From: Candidatus Levyibacteriota bacterium | GTDB lineage: Bacteria; Patescibacteriota; Microgenomatia; Levybacterales; UBA12049 | Direction: 5' to 3' | Assembly: GCA_963790825.1 (NCBI GenBank) | Contig: CAWBPM010000002.1 | Span: forward strand, 423,159-487,158 | DNA: 64,000 nucleotides | Shown here: positions 39,742 through 48,987 of the stretch, piece after piece | How positions within the stretch are numbered: the stretch's first letter is position 1 | Layout of the letters: each line of letters starts with the position of its first letter | Notes under the pieces: model-generated | The model's input: only the letters and a program-made list of their open reading frames with translations | What the model was told of the DNA's origin: nothing | The model's database searches: none | Program-made: the position numbers and the translations under genes

Positions 39742-39945
39742 ATGCCGCATGAACCAAAGAAAAGACATTCACGTGCCAGACAGGGAAAAAGACGGGCTGC
39801 AATTAAATTAACTCTAGAGCAAGTTACAATTTGTCCAAACTGCGCTGCATCTCATACAAGTCACACAGTTTGTCCGAATTGCGGATTTTATAAAGGAAAG
39901 CAGGTATTAGCTGTAAAAAAACCAGCTGACCTCAAAACAGAATGA
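39742..39945 (+). CDS. rpmF: ribosomal protein L32
   Basis: Basic N-terminus (KKRHSRARQGKRRA) and a CPNC...CPNC zinc ribbon. Confidence 0.75.
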   Translation: MPHEPKKRHSRARQGKRRAAIKLTLEQVTICPNCAASHTSHTVCPNCGFYKGKQVLAVKKPADLKTE

Positions 39946-40301
39946 AAACCCCGGATGATCCCAGACATAAAAAACGGCAAGAATTAGTACAAGAATTATT
40001 TAAACGGGAATTTCATCGTCAGCGAATAAGTGTAAAAGCACAGGAAATTTTTGCAGAAATTGAAAAAATAGATAGGCAAATTGAGAAGGCTGCCTCCGAA
40101 TATCCGATTGATAAAATTAATAAGGTTGATCTCGCGGTTTTGCGTTTGGCAATTTTTGAACTTTTAATTGAGAAAAAAGTACCCAAAAACGTCGTAGTCG
40201 ATGAGGCAGTCGAGCTGGCAAAAGAGTTTGGCAATGACACAAGTCCTTCTTTTATTAATGGCGCTTTGGGGAAAATAATGAATTATGAAAAAACTTCCTA
40301 A
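39942..40301 (+). CDS. nusB: transcription antitermination factor NusB
   Basis: LAVLRLAIFELL...VVVDEAVELAKEFG...SFINGALGKI signature. Confidence 0.7.
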   Translation: MKTPDDPRHKKRQELVQELFKREFHRQRISVKAQEIFAEIEKIDRQIEKAASEYPIDKINKVDLAVLRLAIFELLIEKKVPKNVVVDEAVELAKEFGNDTSPSFINGALGKIMNYEKTS

Positions 40302-40953
40302 ATTTAAAAATCAAAAATTATTTGAACAAGCCTTTACTCATCGTTCGTTTTTAAACGAGACCAGGGAAAACACCCAGTCAAATGAGAGGCTTGAGTTTCT
40401 GGGAGACAGTATTCTGTCTTTTATCGTTTCCAACCATTTATACAATGAATATCCTGTTTTTAATGAAGGCGTTCTGACTAATCTCAGATCACTTCTGGTA
40501 AATACGAAAAGTCTCGCAAATTTGGCAAAAGAGTTAAAATTTGGCCAATACCTGAGGCTTTCAAAAGGCGAGGAAGAATCAAAAGGCCGGGAAAATGAAT
40601 CGCTTCTCGCAAATGCGTTTGAGGCACATCTGGGAGCTTTGTATCTGGACCAGGGAATAGGTGCAGCTACCTCTTTTCTGCAGGATATTTTGTTTCCTAA
40701 AATTGAAGGATACGTAAAAAATAAAGCATTTAAGGACCCGAAAAGCTTACTCCAGGAATACGTTCAATCGAAAAAACACAATTCGCCCGTTTACAAAGTA
40801 CTTCGCGAAGAAGGACCACCGCACGCGAAGATTTTTACCATCGGTGTATTCATAGGAGACAGTCTGATCGGCGAAGGGAATGGTAAATCCAAACAAGAAG
40901 CTGAGGAGAGAGCTGCCAAGCAAGCTTTGAGCCAATTAAGAGCCATAAAGTAG
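40285..40953 (+). CDS. rnc: ribonuclease III
   Basis: ERLEFLGDSIL catalytic motif plus a C-terminal dsRBD. Confidence 0.85.
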   Translation: MKKLPKFKNQKLFEQAFTHRSFLNETRENTQSNERLEFLGDSILSFIVSNHLYNEYPVFNEGVLTNLRSLLVNTKSLANLAKELKFGQYLRLSKGEEESKGRENESLLANAFEAHLGALYLDQGIGAATSFLQDILFPKIEGYVKNKAFKDPKSLLQEYVQSKKHNSPVYKVLREEGPPHAKIFTIGVFIGDSLIGEGNGKSKQEAEERAAKQALSQLRAIK

Positions 40954-41069
40954 ACATAAACCCTGCAGTAGTAAAATTATACACAGAATAAGCAAACTTC
41001 TTAGCCTGAATCATTAGCTGGAATACAGCTCTTGAGAAACTGAGGCGAGTTTGCTACAATGTACATATT

Positions 41070-41291
41070 ATGTCTTTAGTTATACGCTTAAAAAGAATGG
41101 GACGCAAAGGAGAACGTAAGTTCCGTATTGTCGTGCAAGAAAAACGCAGCCGTAGAGATGGTGAAGGTGTGGATTTATTAGGTTTTTATGAAATGGGACC
41201 AAAAGGCAAAAAGCAAATAAATAAAGATAGATTTAACTATTGGGTGTCCAAAGGCGCCAAGCCAAGTGCTACTGTTGCAAAATTAGTTTAG
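41070..41291 (+). CDS. rpsP: ribosomal protein S16
   Basis: MSLVIRLKRMGRKGERKFRIVV is a clear S16 match. Confidence 0.85.
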   Translation: MSLVIRLKRMGRKGERKFRIVVQEKRSRRDGEGVDLLGFYEMGPKGKKQINKDRFNYWVSKGAKPSATVAKLV

Positions 41292-41293
41292 TT

Positions 41294-41536
41294 ATGAAAG
41301 ATACACTCCATTATATCGTTTCCTCTATCGTTGAAAATCCGGATGCAGTACAAGTTTCCGAAGAAGAAGTAGATGGAATTGTTAACTTTACAGTGACAGT
41401 GGCGAAAGAAGATATGGGGAAAGTAATTGGTAAAGAAGGGAAAGTTATTAGAAGCATTAGAAATGTAATGAAGATTAAAGCCATGAAAGAAAATAAAAAA
41501 ATTAATATAACTCTTTCCGAAGTACCCCAAGAATAA
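41294..41536 (+). CDS. KH-domain RNA-binding protein (YlqC-like)
   Basis: Starting at ATG 41294 (MKDTLHYIV...); GKVIGKEGKVIRSIR is a KH GxxG motif. Confidence 0.6.
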   Translation: MKDTLHYIVSSIVENPDAVQVSEEEVDGIVNFTVTVAKEDMGKVIGKEGKVIRSIRNVMKIKAMKENKKINITLSEVPQE

Positions 41537-41583
41537 ATTTTCTCCAAATTTTTAATAAAAACTGTATATGCTACAATAATTCT

Positions 41584-42291
41584 ATGAAGATTACGATTCT
41601 TACTCTGTTTCCGGAAATGTTTCAAGGTCCATTTGACCTGTCAATTATAAAAAGAGCGAAAGAGAAAAAACTTATCGAGATAGATCTGATTAATATCAGG
41701 GATTTTGGTATCGGGAAACATAAATCGGTCGATGACACACCATACGGCGGAGGTGTCGGTATGATTATGCGGATCGACGTACTGCATACGGCGATAGAGC
41801 AGGTTCTTAGCAAAAATACTCAGAAGAAGAATAGAATTGTTCTTATGTCGGCTGCCGGGAAGCCGTTTCATCAAGCAAAAGCAAAGGAACTTTCAATGTA
41901 TGATCATCTAATTCTTATCTGCGGACATTATGAAGGTGTCGACGAGCGGATACTCGCATTTATTGATGAGGAGATTTCAATCGGAGACTTCGTGTCGACA
42001 GGGGGGGAACTTCCGGCAATGCTTATTACTGATGCGGTAACACGTTTACTCCCCGGGGTTATTTCCGAAGGAGCAACGGAATCTGAATCGTTCTCAGAAA
42101 CTGCTGGTGGTAAAGAACAAACTAAGCAGAAATTGCTGGTAGAACATCCACAGTATACAAATCCAAGAGAATACCGCAGTCTATCAGTGCCGGATGTACT
42201 CGTTTCCGGAAATCATAAAATGATTGCAAAGTGGCGAGAAGAGGAAGCCAAGAAAAAAACCAGCCGTAACCGTCCGGATATAAGTAAGTAA
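41584..42291 (+). CDS. trmD: tRNA (guanine37-N1)-methyltransferase
   Basis: MKITILTLFPEMF...DDTPYGGGVGMIM SPOUT knot motifs. No rimM lies between the KH gene and trmD. Confidence 0.85.
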   Translation: MKITILTLFPEMFQGPFDLSIIKRAKEKKLIEIDLINIRDFGIGKHKSVDDTPYGGGVGMIMRIDVLHTAIEQVLSKNTQKKNRIVLMSAAGKPFHQAKAKELSMYDHLILICGHYEGVDERILAFIDEEISIGDFVSTGGELPAMLITDAVTRLLPGVISEGATESESFSETAGGKEQTKQKLLVEHPQYTNPREYRSLSVPDVLVSGNHKMIAKWREEEAKKKTSRNRPDISK

Positions 42292-42350
42292 AGCTTCACA
42301 ACCTTTGATTATAATATCAAATATTTGCAAAAGGTGGAGAGAAGAATAAA

Positions 42351-43079
42351 TTAGAAAGGCGAATTGAAAGAACTTGACGACGTAGACATTGGATTTACAA
42401 TATACTCACTGCCAGACTGCCAGGATCTGAGGTTAGTCAGTAAAGATTGGCTCGTTTTACTCAGGGGTTGAATCGGTTGGGTATCATCTATGTTTATAAC
42501 AGGGAGAGGTTTATAATAAAATGCCAGGTTGATTGTCGTAACTTTATCGATAATTTCAGTTTTGACAACCTCAGCAAGCGGCAACTTCTTTTGAATCTCC
42601 TCTGTAAACTTTTGAATCTGAGAAAGTGTGTTGTTACTGATAGAAAGCGACACATCTATTGGTGATTGGTTTTTTTGTGAAAGGGATGTAGATGAGGAGA
42701 CATTACCCACACGAATTGTATAGTCGTCAATCATTACTCCGGAGGCAAGGGCCGCATCGGAAATTGCCTGTATAATTCCCGAAGGATCGCGGTCTATTGG
42801 AAGTGCTAAGTAGGCTGTAGCCAAATTATCATCAAGTTCAGATGTATTAATTGTTGTAATGTATGATAAATTATTTTGTATCGTAGCGATTTTTGAACGC
42901 TCTACCGCTGTTTCATTTTCAATAGAGAAAAGCTTATTAATTTGGGGAATAAGCAGAAGTCCTACGATAAATAAACAAACAATAATTACTCCAAGATATA
43001 TCGATAGCGAGTAATAATCAGAGTTTCTGAAGCGGTAATAGTATAGCCTGATTGTTTTTTCATCTATTTTTATTGTCAT
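42351..43079 (-). CDS. pilO: type IV pilus assembly protein PilO-like
   Basis: Single N-terminal TM segment, coiled-coil, periplasmic domain; last gene of the pilMNO operon. Confidence 0.5.
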   Translation of the reverse strand: MTIKIDEKTIRLYYYRFRNSDYYSLSIYLGVIIVCLFIVGLLLIPQINKLFSIENETAVERSKIATIQNNLSYITTINTSELDDNLATAYLALPIDRDPSGIIQAISDAALASGVMIDDYTIRVGNVSSSTSLSQKNQSPIDVSLSISNNTLSQIQKFTEEIQKKLPLAEVVKTEIIDKVTTINLAFYYKPLPVINIDDTQPIQPLSKTSQSLLTNLRSWQSGSEYIVNPMSTSSSSFNSPF

Positions 43080-43612
43080 AATACTATATCAACAGAACAG
43101 ACATACTTGGATGTATCTGTTTCCAAAGATAATCCGTCAAGAGACATTGTAGTAAAGTCATCGCGCTTACTAAATTCAGACTCTAAAGCAGTGACATACG
43201 AATCAATTGCCGAAAGTGACGGGGAAGAAATTCTGACTAGAACAACATTTTTATCTAGTGAAAGCGATTCGATTGTTACCCCCTGTGATTTTTGGGGTTG
43301 TAGCAAATTGAGAATTTGATCTTGGGAACCACGTTTTTTCAGAATAGCGTTAATAGCAACCAAGCGTTCTTTAGTCATCTCGAGTTTCAAAACTTTTGGA
43401 TCAAATTGTGTCATTTGAAAAGTTAATGTGTTTTCAGTTTTTCTCATCCCTGACAAGGGAGAGAATAAAATAAAAATAAAAAGCATTACCGCAGAGATAG
43501 AAACGAAAAAAAGAAAACTGATTGAAACGAGTCTTAGGATAAAGATTCTCTTTTTCAGTTTTTCATTTGCCGTACTCTTTTTATCAATAAGTAGATTTAT
43601 CTCACTTTTCAT
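43076..43612 (-). CDS. pilN: type IV pilus assembly protein PilN-like
   Basis: Short cytoplasmic N-terminus (EINLL), one TM segment; overlaps the pilM stop. Confidence 0.55.
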   Translation of the reverse strand: MKSEINLLIDKKSTANEKLKKRIFILRLVSISFLFFVSISAVMLFIFILFSPLSGMRKTENTLTFQMTQFDPKVLKLEMTKERLVAINAILKKRGSQDQILNLLQPQKSQGVTIESLSLDKNVVLVRISSPSLSAIDSYVTALESEFSKRDDFTTMSLDGLSLETDTSKYVCSVDIVL

Positions 43613-44642
43613 AATCCTTTAATGCAAGTCCTGTCGCAACAGTGTAAATAGGAGATTCATTCTCCAGGTCTTTAGGGACATTTCCGATCGCTCGTACTTT
43701 CCAGGGATTTACAACAATTGTTTCGACGTCGACATTTTGCACGAAAAATAAATCAATTCCCGGAAGTTTTGCAGTTCCTCCGGCTAAGAGTATCTGACTG
43801 ATCGGTAAATCGTTTTTATATTTTTCATTGTAAAATGTAATTGCTTTTTTTACCTCGGAAAGAATAGACTTCAGTATTGGTTCAATTGCTTTACCAATTT
43901 TAGCACCTAAATTTTGGTCAGAGATGCCATAGGTTCTTTTATATTGTTCTGCCTGATCTATCGTAAAAGCAAAATCTGTGGCAATTGCCCTGTTCATCGC
44001 GACTCCGCCCACCGGAATAGAATAGGTAAAGACAATAATACCTTTCTGTGTGATTGAAAGAGAGGTACTTAAGGCTCCAATAGTCAAAATAAGTGCTGTT
44101 GGGGAAGTGTTAGTTACGCCGATTGCGCGTACTACTGAAATCATTTCTGTCTCAATAGAAAGAAGGGATACTCCTGCAAGTTCCAGGACGTGCTGGTATT
44201 TCTGAATCAGATGTGTCGGCGCACCGACAAGTAGTACCTGCATCTTTGCTGCTTCTTCGTTGCTTTCAGGACGACGTAGGATTTGATGAGCAAGTGTGAT
44301 TGTTGACAGCGGAGCCGGGATATACTGTTCCGCTTCCCAATAAACAGCATTTTCCAATTCTTTGTCAGATAATTTTGGGATGTCTAAAACCTTGATATAT
44401 ACCTGGTCATCTGAAAGAGCAATATGAGCATAATTCGTAGTAATTCCGGCATCTATAATGAGTTTCTGGATAGCCTGCGCCATTTGTTCTTGGTCAAAAG
44501 GGGATTCTGACCACATCCCCCTTGGCGGAGTAGGACTGCTTAAACACGAACGAAGTATTAGGTTTTCTTTTGCCTTACCCAACCATACTACTTTTATTAA
44601 AGTTGTCCCGATGTCCAGACCGAATGCGTCAGTATCTTTCAT
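43602..44642 (-). CDS. pilM: type IV pilus assembly ATPase-like protein PilM
   Basis: Actin-like fold (FGLDIGTTLIKVVWL ...). Confidence 0.75.
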   Translation of the reverse strand: MKDTDAFGLDIGTTLIKVVWLGKAKENLILRSCLSSPTPPRGMWSESPFDQEQMAQAIQKLIIDAGITTNYAHIALSDDQVYIKVLDIPKLSDKELENAVYWEAEQYIPAPLSTITLAHQILRRPESNEEAAKMQVLLVGAPTHLIQKYQHVLELAGVSLLSIETEMISVVRAIGVTNTSPTALILTIGALSTSLSITQKGIIVFTYSIPVGGVAMNRAIATDFAFTIDQAEQYKRTYGISDQNLGAKIGKAIEPILKSILSEVKKAITFYNEKYKNDLPISQILLAGGTAKLPGIDLFFVQNVDVETIVVNPWKVRAIGNVPKDLENESPIYTVATGLALKDYEK

Positions 44643-45493
44643 GATGATTTTGCTACAAAAAGTGAAAATGGAAAAAATTCAGTTGGCAGTTGTGGATATC
44701 CTTTATAAACTTTCAATTGACGCACTGTATCTCCTGAAGTACCGGTGGAAGATATAACCTGTCCTTGTGATGGCAGAAAGGAATCTCCCTTTACCGCCAT
44801 TACTGTCCCACTATAGAGAGGGATAACACGAGCAAGAAGACCACTATTTACCGGAATAGTTGTACTATTTTCAAATGCTATTCCACCGATGGTATTACCA
44901 CCGGAAACTGAAGAAAAATTATTAGCTGCCCGACGTGCTCCGCATGGGTCGACTGCGAAATGGCTTACAGTAGGTGACGCTTTATCCCCGGACAGCAAAA
45001 CTACCTCTATGGCAGTTTCTGTATTGGTCGCAGGATCTAAACTGCAAACATCGGAGGATGATCCCCAATAGATTGTCAAATTACCCGACCATGGATTAAG
45101 ATAGGTTGGATATGTACTAAGCCATATATCAAACCCCTCGTCTTTATTAACAATTGTTCCGTTATTCAGCAGCAATTCTGCTCCTGCCACCGGATTCACC
45201 GAAGTAGCGTACGAAGAATTATTCGCAAATGTGCCGGCAGTTGACGTATTACTTTTTATTACCTGTTCCGCTCCCGCTTCGGCCGCCGAAAGCGCCCGTT
45301 CCGAATTTACCTCTTCTGTTGAGGTATGAAGATTCGTTAAGCTTGTCGTTGCTACCGATAAACCGATTGTTAATGATACTACCATAGCCAAAACAACCAG
45401 GAGAAGAATCTGTCCATTTTCAAAATATTTGTCGTATGTCATATAGCGACTACTAATATCGTAACAACCGCGCTTGCAACCTGTCAACTCCAA
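44639..45493 (-). CDS. PilX-N-like pilus assembly protein
   Basis: N-terminal hydrophobic helix GQILLLVVLAMVVSLTIGL followed by ...SERALSAAEAGAEQV, as in the PilX N-terminal domain. Confidence 0.4.
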   Translation of the reverse strand: MELTGCKRGCYDISSRYMTYDKYFENGQILLLVVLAMVVSLTIGLSVATTSLTNLHTSTEEVNSERALSAAEAGAEQVIKSNTSTAGTFANNSSYATSVNPVAGAELLLNNGTIVNKDEGFDIWLSTYPTYLNPWSGNLTIYWGSSSDVCSLDPATNTETAIEVVLLSGDKASPTVSHFAVDPCGARRAANNFSSVSGGNTIGGIAFENSTTIPVNSGLLARVIPLYSGTVMAVKGDSFLPSQGQVISSTGTSGDTVRQLKVYKGYPQLPTEFFPFSLFVAKSS

Positions 45494-45510
45494 CCTAATT
45501 TTCTTCTCGG

Positions 45511-46071
45511 TTACTGACCAAAATTCCGGAGTGAAACCGAGGTTTGAAAGGGAATAGTAGCATTATTTTCAGGTAAATTGCTGGTAGTTTTGCTGGATAA
45601 ACTAAAAGAAAGACCGATATCGGGAGGAGCTGTTACAGTAATCTGAGTACAAGTAAATGAACAGGAAGAGAGCACTACTGTTCCGGTATTAATAAGAGAA
45701 ACTGTCGACGCAGCTGTTGTCTCGGTAATAGCAGGCCCTGGACCTACACAGCTATATGTCGTATCAATGCCGGTAGATGTTGTAATTCGCAGGAAATTAT
45801 ATTGATTAGACCCTGTGGCTGTACAATCCGTAGTATAGGTAATATTATTGTTACTTACCCCGGCGAAACCCGAGGCGAAACGCACTGTTTTTATTATCTG
45901 AGCTATAGCATAATCACCATTTTGGCGAACTACAGTCAAGGTATTTACCTTGGTGGCAGTACGAAGAGACGCGAAATAGATTCCGCTCACGATTGCGCTG
46001 ACAAAAACCATAATTCCCAATACTACAAGTACCTCAATAAGCGTAAATCCTTTATTTATTTTATTTTTCAT
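45511..46071 (-). CDS. prepilin-type pseudopilin (minor pilin)
   Basis: MKNKINKG|FTLIEVLVVL class III signal peptide. Confidence 0.6.
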   Translation of the reverse strand: MKNKINKGFTLIEVLVVLGIMVFVSAIVSGIYFASLRTATKVNTLTVVRQNGDYAIAQIIKTVRFASGFAGVSNNNITYTTDCTATGSNQYNFLRITTSTGIDTTYSCVGPGPAITETTAASTVSLINTGTVVLSSCSFTCTQITVTAPPDIGLSFSLSSKTTSNLPENNATIPFQTSVSLRNFGQ

Positions 46072-46583
46072 GGTGCGGGTGCTGCTGTAAAATTAGATAA
46101 ACATGTTGTCAGATTAACACTATGGCAGTATGGATTACTTACATCGCGGCATTTCCCATCACTCCATGAAACTCCTACATTTACTTGGGTAATTCCGCTG
46201 CAGCCCGTCGGATCGATCTTTACTTTACGGATAAAATTATCAACATTTGGCGTAGTACAGCTGCTTACCAGCGTCGGATCATTTTTATTTAAGCAATAGG
46301 TGCCGCTAAAACTGGAAAATGAGCTGTAATTACTGTCGCGAAGATTTCGCATAGTTTCAATTCCTTCCTGCGCATATTGCTCTGCCAGATTTTGGTTTTT
46401 ACTAAATTCCGCGTTTTGCAGACTGTTAATAACCAGCGTCGTAACTGCCGTCATTATAATAACTGCTATTGCCAGACCTATAACCACCTCGATAAGGCTT
46501 TGTCCTTTCATATAGCTATACATTCTATTAATTCGCTGTTGGATTGCCATTGCTATCAATGTTGATCGTTTTAGAACTTCCAA
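46068..46583 (-). CDS. prepilin-type pseudopilin (minor pilin)
   Basis: ...MKGQSLIEVVIGLAIAV prepilin motif. The true start is probably an internal Met near 46511-46523. Confidence 0.5.
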   Translation of the reverse strand: MEVLKRSTLIAMAIQQRINRMYSYMKGQSLIEVVIGLAIAVIIMTAVTTLVINSLQNAEFSKNQNLAEQYAQEGIETMRNLRDSNYSSFSSFSGTYCLNKNDPTLVSSCTTPNVDNFIRKVKIDPTGCSGITQVNVGVSWSDGKCRDVSNPYCHSVNLTTCLSNFTAAPAP

Positions 46584-47067
46584 ATCCCTGTAGTATAATC
46601 TTATTACTGCCCACTATCGTAATTACACTACTGAAAACAGGAAAGGTAAGTGAGGAGGATACTGAGGTAAAGGTAATACCATTCGGAAGTGAACTAATTT
46701 GTAAATGGACCGGAGTATCACAATTCGCATCCAGCTCAAATGTAACGGGTGGAGATATCTTAACCGTATAGTTTACCAATTGTCCTGAGCAGATGGTAGG
46801 CTTTACTTGTGATTGCGCATCGGATTTGGCAGTTTGCAGCATGGTCACGATGTCGCGAGTACTTTCCTGAATTGATTGATAATTTTTATAACTAATGACA
46901 TTAGGAATTGTTATGCTGAGAAATATTGCACTAATTGCCATTACCAATAATAACTCGACCAGTGAAAATGCACATTCCGTTATTTTCAAAGTAAGGATAT
47001 AACGCTTATAGAAATTTCTCATCATAATTAGGGATTGGTATAGGTTTTTGAAGCACCAGTAGTACAA
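46528..47067 (-). CDS. prepilin-type pseudopilin (atypical Ala at -1)
   Basis: ...TECA|FSLVELLLVMAIS. An Ala replaces the usual Gly before the conserved F/E-x-x-x-E segment. Confidence 0.45.
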   Translation of the reverse strand: MYYWCFKNLYQSLIMMRNFYKRYILTLKITECAFSLVELLLVMAISAIFLSITIPNVISYKNYQSIQESTRDIVTMLQTAKSDAQSQVKPTICSGQLVNYTVKISPPVTFELDANCDTPVHLQISSLPNGITFTSVSSSLTFPVFSSVITIVGSNKIILQGFGSSKTINIDSNGNPTAN

Positions 47068-47507
47068 GCCGACTGGGTGGTAGCATCTTTATCAGGATCG
47101 CTTGTATATTCCAGACAAGCGAAAATACTGTATGTCGTTCCCGTACTGCTATAGCCATAAATACCTCCGGTTTTCGGATCACAGGGAATATTCTGCATAT
47201 AGGTAACGCTGTTATAAGTCAATGTTTTATTGGCGCCGCATGACGACGGAAATTGACCGGCAGGAGCACTTGACGTCGGGTAGGAACCGGCGTCTGCACG
47301 ATACTGTTCGAGGACTGCTTGAATTTTCAGCATATCTGTTTTACGCTCCGCATCTCTGGCTTTTTGCATCTCTGCTACCGGATTAATAAGGATATAGACA
47401 CTGGTAGCTAAAACGCTCATCACGCCAATGACTACCAAAAGCTCAACTAATGTAAAACCACGTTCTTGACGCATACCTCTACTCTTCTTAAGCGTAACAT
47501 ATAACAA
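47028..47507 (-). CDS. type IV pilin-like protein
   Basis: MRQERG|FTLVELLVVIGVMSVL. The true start is probably the Met at ~47474. Confidence 0.6.
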   Translation of the reverse strand: MLYVTLKKSRGMRQERGFTLVELLVVIGVMSVLATSVYILINPVAEMQKARDAERKTDMLKIQAVLEQYRADAGSYPTSSAPAGQFPSSCGANKTLTYNSVTYMQNIPCDPKTGGIYGYSSTGTTYSIFACLEYTSDPDKDATTQSACTTGASKTYTNP

Positions 47508-47519
47508 ATACCTTGTCCA

Positions 47520-48320
47520 TTAAAAAGGCAGATGCAGCCAGAGTAATAAATTCTTAAGGATTAGATCACTCCAAAAAACATTCAGAAATGTGCCGATTAC
47601 TAAAAATGGGCCGAAAGGAATAGTCCCGCCCTTCAGTTTCTTTTTTTGAACCAGAACAAGAAGAAGAGAAACAACAGCTCCGACTACAAAAGCAATATAA
47701 ATGGCGAAAAACGTCCCGGGAAATCCTAAAAGTATTCCCATAAAGAAGACAAATACTACGTCTCCGAAGCCGATTCCTTTCCCTTTTGTTATAATGAATA
47801 ATAATAAAAAGCAAAAGAAAGCTCCTACGGCAGAAAGGATGTGATTAAATAGGAGTTGTGGAAAAAGAAAAAAGAACCATAAAAACACTAAGATACTTGC
47901 CGGAATAACAACCGTGAAAGGAATAATCCCATATTTAAGATCCGTGAAAAAAATGACAATCAAAGAAGAAATAATAAATAGATAATAAATAAGCTGCAGA
48001 TCGAAAGAAGGGGAAGTGGATAGTCCCCCATAGTTATTCCAGACAATAAGTGCTGTTGTTAAAAATAGTATACCGGTAAGAAGTTCTATAGAAGGATAAT
48101 AAAAACTCAGTTTTTTGTGGCAATACCGGCATTTGCCCGAAAGCATAATAAAGGAAATAAGGGGGATAAGATCATACCATTTAAGCTTTTTTTTACACAA
48201 TTCGCAGTAAGATCTACCTAAAAGAATTGACTCCCCACGCGAAACTCTATCAACGATGACATTAAGAAAGCTACCGATAATTAAACCAAGAGGAAAAACT
48301 ATGAATAAAAACAGATCCAT
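47520..48320 (-). CDS. pilD: prepilin peptidase (A24 family)
   Basis: N-terminal Zn-binding CxxC pairs (CELC...CRYC) and a polytopic membrane domain typical of PilD. Confidence 0.8.
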   Translation of the reverse strand: MDLFLFIVFPLGLIIGSFLNVIVDRVSRGESILLGRSYCELCKKKLKWYDLIPLISFIMLSGKCRYCHKKLSFYYPSIELLTGILFLTTALIVWNNYGGLSTSPSFDLQLIYYLFIISSLIVIFFTDLKYGIIPFTVVIPASILVFLWFFFLFPQLLFNHILSAVGAFFCFLLLFIITKGKGIGFGDVVFVFFMGILLGFPGTFFAIYIAFVVGAVVSLLLVLVQKKKLKGGTIPFGPFLVIGTFLNVFWSDLILKNLLLWLHLPF

Positions 48321-48387
48321 AATTCTATTAAATCAGAAAAACAAAAAATTTACTAATTATTAAAGACTCTTAAAGATCGAGGACTAA

Positions 48388-48906
48388 TTATTTCAAAGTA
48401 GTATCACCAGGCTGCGGTTCACCTGATGCAGGACAATCAACTCCAGTCCGTCCTGCTGCTGACGACCATGTTAAATATGCAGTACCGGAAGCGCATTTAG
48501 ATTTTTCCGAGCTGGATTCTGCAGGAGTGTATACTACCGCTTCAGGTGTTGCATTAACGTTATAACAATATCCCCCTTGAGCATTAGTACAAGTAGGAGT
48601 AGTATAAGCAGGACCTGTCGGATTAGCAGGTATAATTTTTAATTCACCTGCTGTTTGTAGGGTGGTCACCCATGCAGCACCTACCGCAGGAAAGCTATTC
48701 TGTACAGTATAATACGCTTCAACAGCATGACCCAATTGATCGATAGTTGATAATCTCCCAGCATCTCTTCCTCTGGCAAGCTGCTCGGCCGGATTAATCG
48801 CAAGAAGCACTGCGGCTGCCAATACGCCTAAAATCGCTATTACTACCAAAAGCTCAATAAGCGTGAAACCCCTGCGGTAATTTTGTGCTGGAGAAAACTT
48901 AATCAT
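48388..48906 (-). CDS. pilA: type IV major pilin
   Basis: 13-aa leader then G|FTLIELLVVIAILGVLAA, plus C-terminal Cys pairs. Confidence 0.75.
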   Translation of the reverse strand: MIKFSPAQNYRRGFTLIELLVVIAILGVLAAAVLLAINPAEQLARGRDAGRLSTIDQLGHAVEAYYTVQNSFPAVGAAWVTTLQTAGELKIIPANPTGPAYTTPTCTNAQGGYCYNVNATPEAVVYTPAESSSEKSKCASGTAYLTWSSAAGRTGVDCPASGEPQPGDTTLK

Positions 48907-48987
48907 ATATAATAAAATATACTGTACTATATTAGTAGAACAGACTTAAAGCTTCTTGTCAAGTATCTATTTTACTTTAGTTTTATT